NCBI GenBank assembly: GCA_000165345.1
Contig: CM000434.1
Coordinates: forward strand, 320,001 to 384,000
DNA length: 64,000 nucleotides
Direction: 5' to 3'
How positions within the stretch are numbered: the stretch's first letter is position 1; each line of letters opens with the position of its first letter. This document shows positions 1 to 10,944 of the stretch, piece after piece. The position numbers and the translations under genes were made by a program. The notes below the pieces were generated by a model. That model was given only the letters and a program-made list of their open reading frames with translations. It was not told where the DNA came from and did no database searches.

Positions 1-268
1 ATACTACTTATTAAATCATAATATGTATTCCATATAAAATCAGAAATTGCGATCGAAATATTAGTTTTTAATGCCATATAAAATTGCAGTCAAGAATAAA
101 AATTTAATTACTTATTATCAAATTTGTCTTGAATTAAATAATTATCGAACAAATTGTGTTATTTCTTGAATTTTCATAATTATTCTTATTCTAAATTACA
201 TTGTTTCCAAATAACCAAAAATCATGTAAATATTGTATGGCGGTAAATAAATTTATTGAATATTAAAA

Positions 269-571
269 TTGCAGAATATATGGTTTGGAATTCACCAAAA
301 GAATAAAAAAATAATCCAATATATTATCCAAGATCGACTTAATCAATTTTTTAATAACCTTTTATACTTTATGAGGTCAATAAATAATGGGTCTTTTGAT
401 GGGAAGAGAAGAGTTTTGCCCAATTTTAGGTTTATGTCGCACCCTCTATTTATTCTTTTCCCTATGGATTTGACAAAAATAAGCTATGAAGAATATGTTG
501 AGTTATATAACTACTATAAGACAAAGGCATTTCAAAATGGCCTGGAAAATATTTCAGCACAGATGAGATAG
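269..571 (+). CDS. Small hypothetical ORF. The tracker start is TTG; the first in-frame ATG would give only about 66 aa.
   Basis: Only the six-frame ORF supports it. No recognisable domain and no ATG at the reported start. Confidence 0.12.
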   Translation: MQNIWFGIHQKNKKIIQYIIQDRLNQFFNNLLYFMRSINNGSFDGKRRVLPNFRFMSHPLFILFPMDLTKISYEEYVELYNYYKTKAFQNGLENISAQMR

Positions 572-707
572 TATTTTATAGCAGTCTATTCATAAGCATA
601 TAAAATCATGTTTGAACGTATAACATCAATACGACTTCTGAACGTATTTCTTGTAAAGACATTATATTTTGTTAAGCTAAACTTTTATCACTATATTTCT
701 TACTTTT

Positions 708-1700
708 TTACGATACTTCCAAGTTGTGAAGATTCATTTTATCTCTGATACTAGATGCAGTTGAAGGTGTATAAGAGTACATTTCTTCAATACTTTCAGG
801 ATATGATCTTTTAATCATCTGTACGGATTCAATTCTTCCATCAAACTCATTATTATGGTGTCTTTTATTATTAATTTGACTGCGATGAAAAATCATATTA
901 TTTATACGAGTTTGGTTATCAAACTGGTTAAAGTGTTGATATTCTGATCCAATATTACATAATGATTCATGTAAATTGTTAATATGATTATTTTTATGTC
1001 CAAAAGACTTGTCTCTCCATACAAGTGGGATATCAAGAAGACTTAACGGGGTAAATTGATTTGATAGATGGAAAGTCTCTTCCGAACATAAATTTCTTTC
1101 GCTTAAATGCTGACCAACTTTGCTACTTTCAGTGTTGAATAAACTTGAAACCAGAGAAGGCATTCCTTCAAATGACTTATCAATACTATCTGAACCAAAT
1201 TTGTTTATGGAGCCTAAGCTTGATGTTGTTGAAACTGCGTTATATGGATGGTATAATCTGCTATCATTAAATATATTTTTTCCATCAAAATTCATTGATA
1301 AATCTTGTCTTTGGTTTGTTATCTTCTGAATTGGTACTGGAAGCGTTTCAACATCTAATGGAATGAATTCTCCCTTTTGTGGTTTAGACCTGAGTTCTTC
1401 TATCCCATGTGCATATCTGCACGAATCACCAACTACGCAGCTCCCTTTAATCCAATAAACGCAAAGTGAGGTCTTGAAAAGATCTGACGTTGCTCGAAGT
1501 TCTTTCCTCGAATGTGCATATCTACATTGTGGGTTTCTACATATGCCTTCTTTTAATTGTATTTCACAAAGTTTAGTTCGTGTTAAATCCACGCTTGGTC
1601 TCAATTCATCAATAGAATGTGCCCAATTACATTCCTTATCCATTCTGCATCGTCCAACTGCAAACCAAGGGCACTTTTTTGTTTTATAAAATTGAGCCAT
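708..1700 (-). CDS. Tandem CCCH zinc-finger protein (three C-x8-C-x5-C-x3-H fingers), probably RNA-binding.
   Basis: The translation has three consecutive C-x8-C-x5-C-x3-H units near the N-terminus (CPWFAVGRCRMDKECNWAH, CEIQLKEGICRNPQCRYAHS, CVYWIKGSCVVGDSCRYAHG). It starts at ATG (cat at 1698-1700 on +) and is a long uninterrupted ORF. Confidence 0.75.
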   Translation of the reverse strand: MAQFYKTKKCPWFAVGRCRMDKECNWAHSIDELRPSVDLTRTKLCEIQLKEGICRNPQCRYAHSRKELRATSDLFKTSLCVYWIKGSCVVGDSCRYAHGIEELRSKPQKGEFIPLDVETLPVPIQKITNQRQDLSMNFDGKNIFNDSRLYHPYNAVSTTSSLGSINKFGSDSIDKSFEGMPSLVSSLFNTESSKVGQHLSERNLCSEETFHLSNQFTPLSLLDIPLVWRDKSFGHKNNHINNLHESLCNIGSEYQHFNQFDNQTRINNMIFHRSQINNKRHHNNEFDGRIESVQMIKRSYPESIEEMYSYTPSTASSIRDKMNLHNLEVS

Positions 1701-2151
1701 TATTTTTTTTAAATGTCTTTTTTATTAAAATTTGATTTATATACAGGATTGTTTATCTTCCACAACAAATAATACTATTAAAAATTGAACAAAAAAAAAG
1801 TATTATCTTTATTATTAGTTATAATGCATAAGGTTTTACTAAATACTTATTACTTCTATATTTACTCCGCTTTCAATTCTCTATTTCTATTTTTCTATTG
1901 TTATAATAAATTTGGTATTTATTATTAATAATTTATCTTTAATCTATTTATCGTTAACGAGCTTGCGCATGCAAGTTAATATTTCGCGAAAAAAAAAAAA
2001 ATGATAAATTCTTAAAATATTAAAAATACGTTAAATTTATTTTTAATTTCGAAGAGATAAAAGAAAACTTGTCAAAAAAATCAAAATTTTCATAAATTAA
2101 CAATTACCCCGTTATTTTTATTTTTTGAGAACCTATTAGCGAACCTAAGTT

Positions 2152-5100
2152 TTATTTTTTTTGTAATATATCCCTAAGCATAGTTAAAGAATTCATTTGA
2201 TCTAAAATTACTCTTTTTATTATCCATGCAGATATATCAGTATGTAAATCAACTTGGTTGAAATATATGGCTTGCACTCTATTTTCGCCCTCTGGACGAA
2301 AAACGTATGTTGCGAAGTAATTTTTAGCTCTCACGTATGATGAGTTTATTATGGGCCACTCAATAGATTGTGTAAGAATATATTCATATTGTGATTCATC
2401 TGAATTAGTTGATTCATTTGCATCTGGCTTGTATCTGTAACATATTACAACAAAATCTCTTCCTGAGACACCCCACTGTCCTTTAAATGCCTGGTAGAAT
2501 ATACAAATATTTTCATCATTTCTGAAATAATGCATCGGGTCAGATTTCTCAACCATGGGATCATAATACATCTTGTTGTTTGAATCCCAAATATAATCTA
2601 CAATATCTTTAATTGAACATATTTTGTTTGTATTTTCAATTTCATTATTATCTGAAGAAATTTTAAAAGGTTCTATATTGCAATTCAGTGATATTGAAGT
2701 GATTCCACAACTCATAAATGGTTGCCCATCAACTTCTTTTTTATATACTCTCATGCCATTTGAATTTCTTTCAAGTGACCACTTCTGAGTTCCATTATCA
2801 ATTTCAGATACTAACTTTCTAGTATATTCAAGAAGTTCTGCTCTTTTATCGGTAACAATCTTAAATATACTATCTTCATCTTCTATTAATTGTTGTACTG
2901 TAAGCGGAAACTCATTTAATTCCCCAATAAATATTGGCTTAACACTCTCTTTAGATTGAATTTCATTCAATGAATTAACTGAAATCAAACTTTTTGATTG
3001 GTCAGATTTTATCTTTGATCCACTACTTTCTTTAGAATTGGAATCAGAATCCTTTGATTTAATCATTTCGGTCTTTATAAAGTATCTACAGCAAACAAGT
3101 AAATTATTTTTGTTATTGAAATTTCTTTTCCCACCCTTAAGAATAATTTTATAACATAAGATATCTTGTCGTCTATTTTCAATAATTTTTCCATCATTCC
3201 CTTTTACTTTAAATGGGAGTTTATAAGAAGGAACGATGCTTCTTGTTTCAATCATTTTGAAACCCTCTCTATTTTGTCTCGTTTCTAAAATAATATTTGT
3301 TCTATCTTCACTCCATTCTAAAGTTGTATTTGGTTGTTCAAAAACCATATACTTTTCAAGTGATTTTTTTCTTTTATTTGAATACTGTCTATACAATCCG
3401 CCTTCATCATGAGATAATGATAAATTATCATCCTCTTCCTCCATCTTAAATTTTTCAATCCTATGGTTTTCTATTTCCTCAAGATTATTCTTCCCCAGAT
3501 TTTTTGTTCTGTTTATTATTAATGTTGTTCTATTGTTTAATCCCATTATTAATGTGGTTGATATTGAAACTATTCCTCTTACTGTATCAACATCATAATG
3601 CACAATTGGATTGAGTTTATCGACTGCTCTTCTAATAAACCATGAGACACCCAATGCTGCATTGATTTCTTGAAGTGAGTCAGAATTTGATCTCAATAGA
3701 ACCCAATAACCTTGGAACTTTTCCAATAATTCTTTTAGTGGAGATGTGATTTCAATTGTTCTTATATTTGAATATCCATTTTCTTTTTGTTTGTTAAATA
3801 TTAGATTTAAATTTCCATCGTCATTATTGTTTATTATTTGAGGATTTCTCATTCTTAAAACTTTGTTTATTGCCTTGTTTAAAGACATTTTATTTTTTTC
3901 AATTGCTTGCCTAGTGTATTTAAATAGAGGAACCAGTTTAAATATATAAAAAACTAAGTTTTCGCTTAAATAAATCATTTTTCCTGATTTGCTTGTATTT
4001 ATATTTACATAATTTAATATAAATGTAACAATAAAGAGGGAGGTTTTGAAATTTGAACTAGTTGGTGTTGAAGAGAAACAAGAAATTGAAAACAGTATAC
4101 TGGAATCAATAATAAACTTCCAAAGTTGGTGAGATAGAGTAATAATTAATAGCCATGGTCTTGTTGAATCAGTTAAGATTTTTGAAAAGAGTAAAATTAT
4201 TGTAAGACCACTATTTAACATTAATATAAAAGATGTAATAATCGGATATTCTGTACAAATTGATAGCAATATCATATTTATCAAATTATAGTGCCACATA
4301 TCTTCATATAAAGTATATTTATTTTTTATAAAAAATAAGTTATTCCAGAAATTATTCGAAACTGAAGATGATTGTCCAATAGCTAGATCGTTGTTATATG
4401 TGACATAATCACCTAGAGGAAGTCTCTTCATTTCTTCTTTGGGTCCCAATTTAAAACCTATACAATTTTTGGAATAAGGTATTGAATTTATTACTGAAAA
4501 TAAATTTTTTGCTAAAATAGTTAATGCAATTGCAAAAGGAAAATAATCAATGGAATGAGTACTGAAGTAAATTGATATTTGTTTAATTATTTTCCAATAA
4601 ATAAAAAAAATAATATTTTTTATTATAAGTGGTAACTTAAAAGACCAGAAGGATTCTTTTGTTTCACGAGATACATCTATATTCATATTTATATTATTAA
4701 CAATTTGAAAAATAATTAATGAAAAAATGAAATGTACCATAAATTTGAAAAATTCATTTTTTAGTATTTCAATTTTGTTACTAAATGGCACGTAAATTGA
4801 AATAATCAAAATTGGAATAGCCATATGATAAAAGAGATTCAAATATTCTTTCGGTTTCTTCTTGATTGGATTTCTCCACGTGTTATTAGAAAAGTAAATT
4901 AAATATTCCTGATTATGTTTTGGCAAAGGAAAATCATCCAGTATACTTTTCAAGAAAATCAAACCAATACTAGTGATTATAGGAATCATTAATATAAGAT
5001 ATGGAGTAATTTTCTTTGAATAAAAAGTAAAGTTAAAAACTGGATTTTTGTAATTTAACCAATAAATTGATATAAAATGACCAAATAATGCAATAATATT

Positions 5101-5769
5101 AATACAGAAAATTAATATTGAAATAATAAAAAATACCAACAATAGCCAAAAAATGGTCATTATGTTTGGACCAAAGTAGTCGCACCATTCGCATAAAATA
5201 TTGAATAACCTTGGAATAGAACTGTACTGTTCGTTTTCGTGAATTCTTTCTAAAGGAGATTCTAATTGATCTTTCTTCTTACTTTGGGAACTTCCACTAA
5301 TGCTGAACACGCGTGTAGACTTTTCGTAAAGTTCAAATAATGATTCCCCATTATGTAGGGCAATTAGATTAATAACAACATTCTCCCAAAATTCGAATTG
5401 ACTTATTTCATAAAATAAAATGTTTCCAAGAAAAAAAACCCAAGAATAAGAAGGTGGCCAATCACCCCAAAATAGGTTATCATTTCTGTTCGGTTGTAAC
5501 TCTTCAGCTTTAATAGAAATTTTCTCGTTAGTAAATCTTAAAGAAATAACTAGATAAATAAGGTTTCTAGGGCTATTTAAGTCAGTAAGTTCATAAATAT
5601 TAAATTCATTAGTTTCTTTTAATCCTTTGTATATTTTATCACCGTCACTATTTCTCTTCAAGACCAACAAAAAATGTGATTCCCTATCTTCAAATGAACC
5701 TTGGTTTTCATTTACAGATCTGGTCAAAGAGTGTGTAAAGAAACCTGAAAAATACTTTCCAAGGTCCAT
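2152..5769 (-). CDS. Large multi-pass membrane protein with a C-terminal START (StAR-related lipid-transfer) domain.
   Basis: 1205-aa ORF starting at ATG. The N-terminal third has many hydrophobic helices. The C-terminal ~200 aa carry START-like landmarks (W.L...S.G..VY....DG, RDFVV, YVRA, FRPEG.N, QVDL....SAWIIKRV). Confidence 0.6.
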   Translation of the reverse strand: MDLGKYFSGFFTHSLTRSVNENQGSFEDRESHFLLVLKRNSDGDKIYKGLKETNEFNIYELTDLNSPRNLIYLVISLRFTNEKISIKAEELQPNRNDNLFWGDWPPSYSWVFFLGNILFYEISQFEFWENVVINLIALHNGESLFELYEKSTRVFSISGSSQSKKKDQLESPLERIHENEQYSSIPRLFNILCEWCDYFGPNIMTIFWLLLVFFIISILIFCINIIALFGHFISIYWLNYKNPVFNFTFYSKKITPYLILMIPIITSIGLIFLKSILDDFPLPKHNQEYLIYFSNNTWRNPIKKKPKEYLNLFYHMAIPILIISIYVPFSNKIEILKNEFFKFMVHFIFSLIIFQIVNNINMNIDVSRETKESFWSFKLPLIIKNIIFFIYWKIIKQISIYFSTHSIDYFPFAIALTILAKNLFSVINSIPYSKNCIGFKLGPKEEMKRLPLGDYVTYNNDLAIGQSSSVSNNFWNNLFFIKNKYTLYEDMWHYNLINMILLSICTEYPIITSFILMLNSGLTIILLFSKILTDSTRPWLLIITLSHQLWKFIIDSSILFSISCFSSTPTSSNFKTSLFIVTFILNYVNINTSKSGKMIYLSENLVFYIFKLVPLFKYTRQAIEKNKMSLNKAINKVLRMRNPQIINNNDDGNLNLIFNKQKENGYSNIRTIEITSPLKELLEKFQGYWVLLRSNSDSLQEINAALGVSWFIRRAVDKLNPIVHYDVDTVRGIVSISTTLIMGLNNRTTLIINRTKNLGKNNLEEIENHRIEKFKMEEEDDNLSLSHDEGGLYRQYSNKRKKSLEKYMVFEQPNTTLEWSEDRTNIILETRQNREGFKMIETRSIVPSYKLPFKVKGNDGKIIENRRQDILCYKIILKGGKRNFNNKNNLLVCCRYFIKTEMIKSKDSDSNSKESSGSKIKSDQSKSLISVNSLNEIQSKESVKPIFIGELNEFPLTVQQLIEDEDSIFKIVTDKRAELLEYTRKLVSEIDNGTQKWSLERNSNGMRVYKKEVDGQPFMSCGITSISLNCNIEPFKISSDNNEIENTNKICSIKDIVDYIWDSNNKMYYDPMVEKSDPMHYFRNDENICIFYQAFKGQWGVSGRDFVVICYRYKPDANESTNSDESQYEYILTQSIEWPIINSSYVRAKNYFATYVFRPEGENRVQAIYFNQVDLHTDISAWIIKRVILDQMNSLTMLRDILQKK

Positions 5770-6273
5770 TATTTCATATTAACATTTTTAAATTATGTTA
5801 TTTTGATTTTCGATCTAGTTCAAAATATGTTCCAGCTGAAATTATGAGGTAAACTAACCTATCACCAATTGACTAAACATACCACACACTCTTTTTCGAG
5901 TTTAAACTTGCGCCAGAGAACTTTTTCATTAAATCATTTTTATTGATTTATATTCCTAATTAAATAAGTGATCAATTACAGCTAGTGATATCAATATTAT
6001 AATCCGAATTCTCAATTAAAATGTCATGAAAACAACATTTTGTAGTAAATGACAATTTTCAATGGAAATATTGATCGAAAATAAATACAATACCAGCAAA
6101 ATACATTAATATTATTTATTAAATCTTTACTTAGGGTTCTGGTGTTAATAATTGTCTAAATACAGACAAAAGTAACAATAATAACATGCAAGTTATTTAT
6201 TAACTTTTATTTAATTTTTTAGCGGTAAGAAAAAATGGTCACTTTAATTATTTCATAGTAAATTGAAAAATAA

Positions 6274-7806
6274 ATGTCTGAATATAATGGGATTGGAGGA
6301 AAACTAGCGAGGCCAGTAATAGAGTGTCTGAAATCTCTAAAGAATTATATCAGAGATTACGATCCTTTAGAGAACGATTGTAGATATGATATTTTTCAGG
6401 AACTTTTAACATTTAGAAAAAGTTGGCGTAAATTATCTACTTCATTGGAAGAAATTGATAATAACATAAATCAAGATCTCGTAAGAGAGTTTTATGAAAA
6501 CAACATTTGTATTGATGAATGTAGAGCAAGAGAAGACTTCATCAATATAATCTCAAAAAATTTTGAAAATAACACACATCCAGCATTTGAGATGTACTAT
6601 CACAATAATGTTGATGAAAACGAGGATTTAAATTATTCAGTAGTATCTAGCAATGAATCTTTTGAAACATTTATTAAGATTTTAGAATTTGACTTTGAAG
6701 AAAGACAAAAAAAAATAGCTGAACTTGAGTCTATCAAGCAAGAACATCTTGAATTGGTTGCTGAATCCAAGTCTATGGATCTAGAACAAGAAGAGTTAAA
6801 CAAATATATAGAACCATTTAAAAAAAGCCTAGAATTAATTACTAGCTATTTAGATGATTCGAATTGCGAAGAAAATGAAGGTTTTTGTCCAAACACATTG
6901 CTAGAATTACATAAAAATTTAAGACCAATTTATATATATTTCAATTCTTTTAAGGATAGAATCAACAGTAATAATGATCATGATCAAGTTGTTCATGTAA
7001 ATGTTGATGAATATGGCCAGGTTGTTATTGGTATTAATAGACCATTGTCTAAAATAGAATTTGATACAGTTTCAACAAATTTCCAAGATTTTCTGATCAA
7101 TATTTTTCCAATTAAATTAGAGTTTTCCACAATGAATACTCTATCATCTCGTGAGGTTGTTTTGCTTTCTGTATTTATGAATACAAATAAACAGTTAAAA
7201 TGCCATATTTTTTCGGATATTTTATTTGATAAAGATACTGGCGAAAATATTCCATTAATTGATGAAGAGACTTTGGAGGTTTTACAAGAAGAAATTTCTG
7301 GAAAACCTTATTATTGGCTGCAATACTTTGTCAATAACGTTTCTGTAATCCCTATAAAATTAAATGAAATGAATTTAGACCCTGGTGATCTATTCAAAAT
7401 GATTGAATGCAGGATTCAAAATTTCATATTTTTTAATTTTTTACTATATCTGGCATCAATTGGGCCTCAATTATTCATTAGTTTTATATTATTTTATTCG
7501 GAAATTGAATCAATTGACACTCAAGCAATTGAAATTAATTTTGATAGTTTTAGTTTTAATACAGTTAATGAAATTAGCAAGCATTCAATATTAATTAAAA
7601 CAGAAAACAAGGATATTTATGTTGAAATTGAATTATCTGGAAATATGAGCTATTGCATAAAATTCGATGAATTAATATACAAAGAGGAGTTCAGGTTTAT
7701 TGAAAATGAATTGAATATTGATAAAAATTTGGTTTATAATAAAGAAATTACAATGAATTTTTGCAAAAATCTGTCTCAAGCATTACTAAATATCAAGCCG
7801 AATTAA
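6274..7806 (+). CDS. Hypothetical protein (510 aa), acidic, no recognised domain.
   Basis: Long ATG-initiated ORF with typical coding purine bias. It is divergent from the upstream minus-strand gene. Confidence 0.5.
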   Translation: MSEYNGIGGKLARPVIECLKSLKNYIRDYDPLENDCRYDIFQELLTFRKSWRKLSTSLEEIDNNINQDLVREFYENNICIDECRAREDFINIISKNFENNTHPAFEMYYHNNVDENEDLNYSVVSSNESFETFIKILEFDFEERQKKIAELESIKQEHLELVAESKSMDLEQEELNKYIEPFKKSLELITSYLDDSNCEENEGFCPNTLLELHKNLRPIYIYFNSFKDRINSNNDHDQVVHVNVDEYGQVVIGINRPLSKIEFDTVSTNFQDFLINIFPIKLEFSTMNTLSSREVVLLSVFMNTNKQLKCHIFSDILFDKDTGENIPLIDEETLEVLQEEISGKPYYWLQYFVNNVSVIPIKLNEMNLDPGDLFKMIECRIQNFIFFNFLLYLASIGPQLFISFILFYSEIESIDTQAIEINFDSFSFNTVNEISKHSILIKTENKDIYVEIELSGNMSYCIKFDELIYKEEFRFIENELNIDKNLVYNKEITMNFCKNLSQALLNIKPN

Positions 7807-8065
7807 ATGATAAACAATTTATTCAATAAAACATGAATAATATATAAGATATAAATATTTTCAATAATTAGAAAGACTAATTAACAAAAAGTTAATTTGT
7901 TATGCTAATTAATTTATAATTAAAAGTAGAATCTACACCTAAATTTCAATCAATAAGTTTAACTTGATTACTCCATGTTTTTGTTTTAATTGTTTTTTTT
8001 TTTTAAAATTAATAACAATTATTCATCAGATCTTTAATCTTTTTTTTTTCTAAGTGGGGAACTGG

Positions 8066-8084
8066 GTGTGTGTGTGTGTGTGTG
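8066..8084. repeat. (GT)n dinucleotide microsatellite flanked by poly-T tracts (8041-8049 and 8203-8218).
   Basis: About 9.5 GT units are directly visible in an intergenic AT-rich region. Confidence 0.9.
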
Positions 8085-8376
8085 GTGACTTGCCACAAAA
8101 TTATTAGTAATCAAGATTAGTATGAGTATTATTTTAATATTTCCGATATTTTTGTGATAAAAACAAATTTCAAAAAATATTTGCAAATATTTTACAAGAT
8201 CTTTTTTTTTTTTTTTTTGTAAAAAAGCGACAAATTTTACAGTCTACAAGAATACAAAAAGAACTTTACGTATTTAATATAATCATAAATCACAGTCAAA
8301 GTTGTAACATAAGTAATTTGTATAATAATAAACAATTTTATCAATTTTTACAAGAGTCCAACATAATACTATCAAG

Positions 8377-8961
8377 ATGGTTTGCAAGTCTAAGTGTTCA
8401 ACAAAAATGGGTAATAAGAAAACTGACAAAATGAGTTCGGACGTAAAGAGTTGTTTGAATACAAAAAAAACAGCAAAAAAGGTTGAAGGCAAATCAAAGA
8501 TTATTGGTTCTGGCATGAAAAGAGTAATAAAAAAAGAAATAATAAAGAATATAAACTCCGAGAAACCTATAAAAAATAAGAATACAATAAAAAAAATAAC
8601 AAAGGCAAAAGATAGTGTAAAACAGTCAGTTACAAAGAAAGAAACAAAAAATACACAAATTAAGAACACGCCAGCAAAGAAAACTACGGCTCTTTCTAAA
8701 TCAAAAGTGAGCTCAATCCCCTCTGCAGTCAGAGTTATAAAAAAAATTGAAAAAAATACAACTTCAAAGCCTACCTCAAAAAGTGTTAAACCAAAAAAAT
8801 CACCTGTTGCAAAATTAACCACTAAAACAAACTTGAAGATTGCCTCAAAAAATGAAAGAACATCTTCAAAGTTAATTAAGAAAGATTCAAACAAAAAAAC
8901 GAGCATCTGTAAGTCTTCTGCAAAAAGTCTTTCAACCGGATCTAAATGTAAAAAGACTTAA
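8377..8961 (+). CDS. Lysine-rich, highly basic low-complexity protein (histone H1-like composition).
   Basis: ATG start verified. The + strand is purine-rich (AAA/AAG), as expected for coding in this genome. The antisense 8283..8906 ORF is the Phe-rich mirror image. Confidence 0.4.
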   Translation: MVCKSKCSTKMGNKKTDKMSSDVKSCLNTKKTAKKVEGKSKIIGSGMKRVIKKEIIKNINSEKPIKNKNTIKKITKAKDSVKQSVTKKETKNTQIKNTPAKKTTALSKSKVSSIPSAVRVIKKIEKNTTSKPTSKSVKPKKSPVAKLTTKTNLKIASKNERTSSKLIKKDSNKKTSICKSSAKSLSTGSKCKKT

Positions 8962-9194
8962 CCAGTTCTAAAGCAATATAAAAGCTATCTTTTGCAGCTA
9001 TAGAATAATCAACTGTGATCTAAATCCGCTTATTTTGAGTGATGTAGAACTACAACGATTTCAGAATGATAAAAGTTTTGTTTCCAAGACAACATTTTTA
9101 ATATTTTTTAATTCTAATGTTACAATAGGATTAGACCCAAATCATATTTGAGGGATAAGCATTAATTAATGTCTCTAGTTTCTATATAAGATAT

Positions 9195-10205
9195 TTATTC
9201 AGTAGTTTTAGTGTTTACTGATGCCAAGAATATAGATATTTGTGATTCAATATTAGGAAAAAATATCAACATTGATAGAAATTTGTTCTGCGTTATTGTA
9301 GCAACACAGTAAGAGTCTGAAATAGTAGTAGAAAACTGTAGTACAGACATTAAGTGATTAATATCAAAAGTTGCAAAAACTCTAAATAATTCTTTTTCAT
9401 CAGTTCGGCGATTTTGTTCTTGAGAAATAATCATCCTGGACTCATCATAATTTTCAGTGTGGAAAACAATGCAATTATTAAAAAATGTCTTTATTGAAAC
9501 TGTAGAGTTTAATGATTTATCAGAAGTACAAATAAAATGACAGGTTTGGGATTTAGATCCTTCATCATGATTGTTTTGTGCTTCATTATTGTAATCTTGA
9601 ACTATTTCAATTTCCACATATTTAGAATCAACTAGCTTCATTTTTTCAAATAGTCTCAATAGGGATTTTGGCGGAGGTAAAGAAAAGTGAGTATTGGGAA
9701 TTTCACTACCAAATCTTTTCCCATCCTCACCTAAAGGAATTAATTCATTTGTTATTTTCGATTTCAAAACATCAACTTTGCAATCATGCGTTAGTTGAAA
9801 TGTACTCATTTTTTTTGTTTCAATTATCATTGAGAAAGATAACACATTTTGTGAGTCTCTTTTGCTCAGTCTCAATGTGGTTTCTTTTGCTAATATTGAA
9901 GATCTCAAGGGAAGAATCAAAGCCTCGGGGTTCAAACTAATTCCAATAATATTCTCATTTTTACTCTCTAATACTGGTTCTGAGAAGAAAACATCTTCAT
10001 ATTTTAATCTACAAGACACATCCGCAATTTGTTCATCCCAATTGCAGTAGCTTGTTAGCAGCAAAATTAGTGAATTTTTTTCGAACTTGATATAGAATCT
10101 GCTGTTTTGTTTATTCGGTAATCCCTTCATCATCTTTACAAATCCTTGTATACACTCCAAGAGTATACTAGACTTTCTTTGCAATAGAGTAGCCTTGAAT
10201 CTCAT
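9195..10205 (-). CDS. HUS1: Hus1 checkpoint clamp subunit (9-1-1 complex, PCNA-like fold).
   Basis: The N-terminus MRFKATL matches the fungal and human Hus1 starts (MRFKTRI / MKFRAKI). The internal block LRLSKRDSQNVLSFS closely matches S. pombe VRLSKKDNQPLLSLS. ATG start verified. Confidence 0.7.
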   Translation of the reverse strand: MRFKATLLQRKSSILLECIQGFVKMMKGLPNKQNSRFYIKFEKNSLILLLTSYCNWDEQIADVSCRLKYEDVFFSEPVLESKNENIIGISLNPEALILPLRSSILAKETTLRLSKRDSQNVLSFSMIIETKKMSTFQLTHDCKVDVLKSKITNELIPLGEDGKRFGSEIPNTHFSLPPPKSLLRLFEKMKLVDSKYVEIEIVQDYNNEAQNNHDEGSKSQTCHFICTSDKSLNSTVSIKTFFNNCIVFHTENYDESRMIISQEQNRRTDEKELFRVFATFDINHLMSVLQFSTTISDSYCVATITQNKFLSMLIFFPNIESQISIFLASVNTKTTE

Positions 10206-10544
10206 CTCGGATGATCTTAATTAAAACATTTACACAATACAAGAACTAAAGTTTTAAAATAAATGAAAATTTTTCTAGTAATAAAATGAGGTATTTTTGA
10301 AAATACAAAATCAGATCTTGCAAGAGGGAAATGAGGGGGAGTTGTTCAAATGAAGAAAACTTGTGCATACAAAAGTGAAATATAATACCTAACGATTATT
10401 CAGTTGTTAAGCACGATCGACAGAGTATTTTAGCATTTTAATTTTTTTCATTGTTCTGTAATAAGAATTTCTTGTGATCAAATAATGTCTTGTATCTTAC
10501 AAAAAATCATTTAAATATTAACCTCTTTTAAGATATATTAATAG

Positions 10545-10555
10545 GCGGGAAAAAT
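10545..10555. promoter_or_regulatory. E2F-like GGCGGGAAAAA element midway in the Hus1/HDAC divergent intergenic region.
   Basis: This is the only GC island in an otherwise AT-rich 740-bp bidirectional promoter. It matches the E2F core GCGGGAA. Confidence 0.3.
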
Positions 10556-10944
10556 AAACAGTTTTTTCTTCGGTGATAATACTAAAACAAAGTAACAAAA
10601 TTATATTTTGCACAATACCAAAGGGTATGTATGGCCATTAATTATTTAATTCTAATTGGTAGATTTGGTTTGGGTCATTTAATTACATCTTGATTATACG
10701 AACTAGAGAGTTAGTAACATTCTATTGCTACATAAAAGGTGTGTGTACACCGAAAACATAATTCAAGGCAAAAAATTATTTCTCTGAATTAAATCGTAAA
10801 AAAAAATAAGACTATAAATATTGAGTTTTCGAGAGTATCATTAACAAGCCGATATATATATATATTGATCTATATATGCATATATAAATATTTGTATTTA
10901 TTTATATAAAGATATATTAAAGATATCTATTATATAAATTATCA

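Noticed and set aside
1120-1689. Two short + strand ORFs (1120..1329 and 1474..1689) inside the CCCH zinc-finger gene.
   Set aside because: They are antisense to a well-supported longer ORF and have no features of their own.
8041-8090. Considered whether the poly-T/(GT)n region could be a CRISPR-like or telomeric repeat.
   Set aside because: It is a simple dinucleotide microsatellite in a eukaryotic intergenic region. There is no spacer-repeat periodicity and no telomeric unit.
8283-8906. 207-aa Phe-rich minus-strand ORF.
   Set aside because: It is the exact antisense of the Lys-rich + ORF: poly-A codons read on the minus strand as poly-Phe. The + strand has the coding purine bias and a verified ATG.
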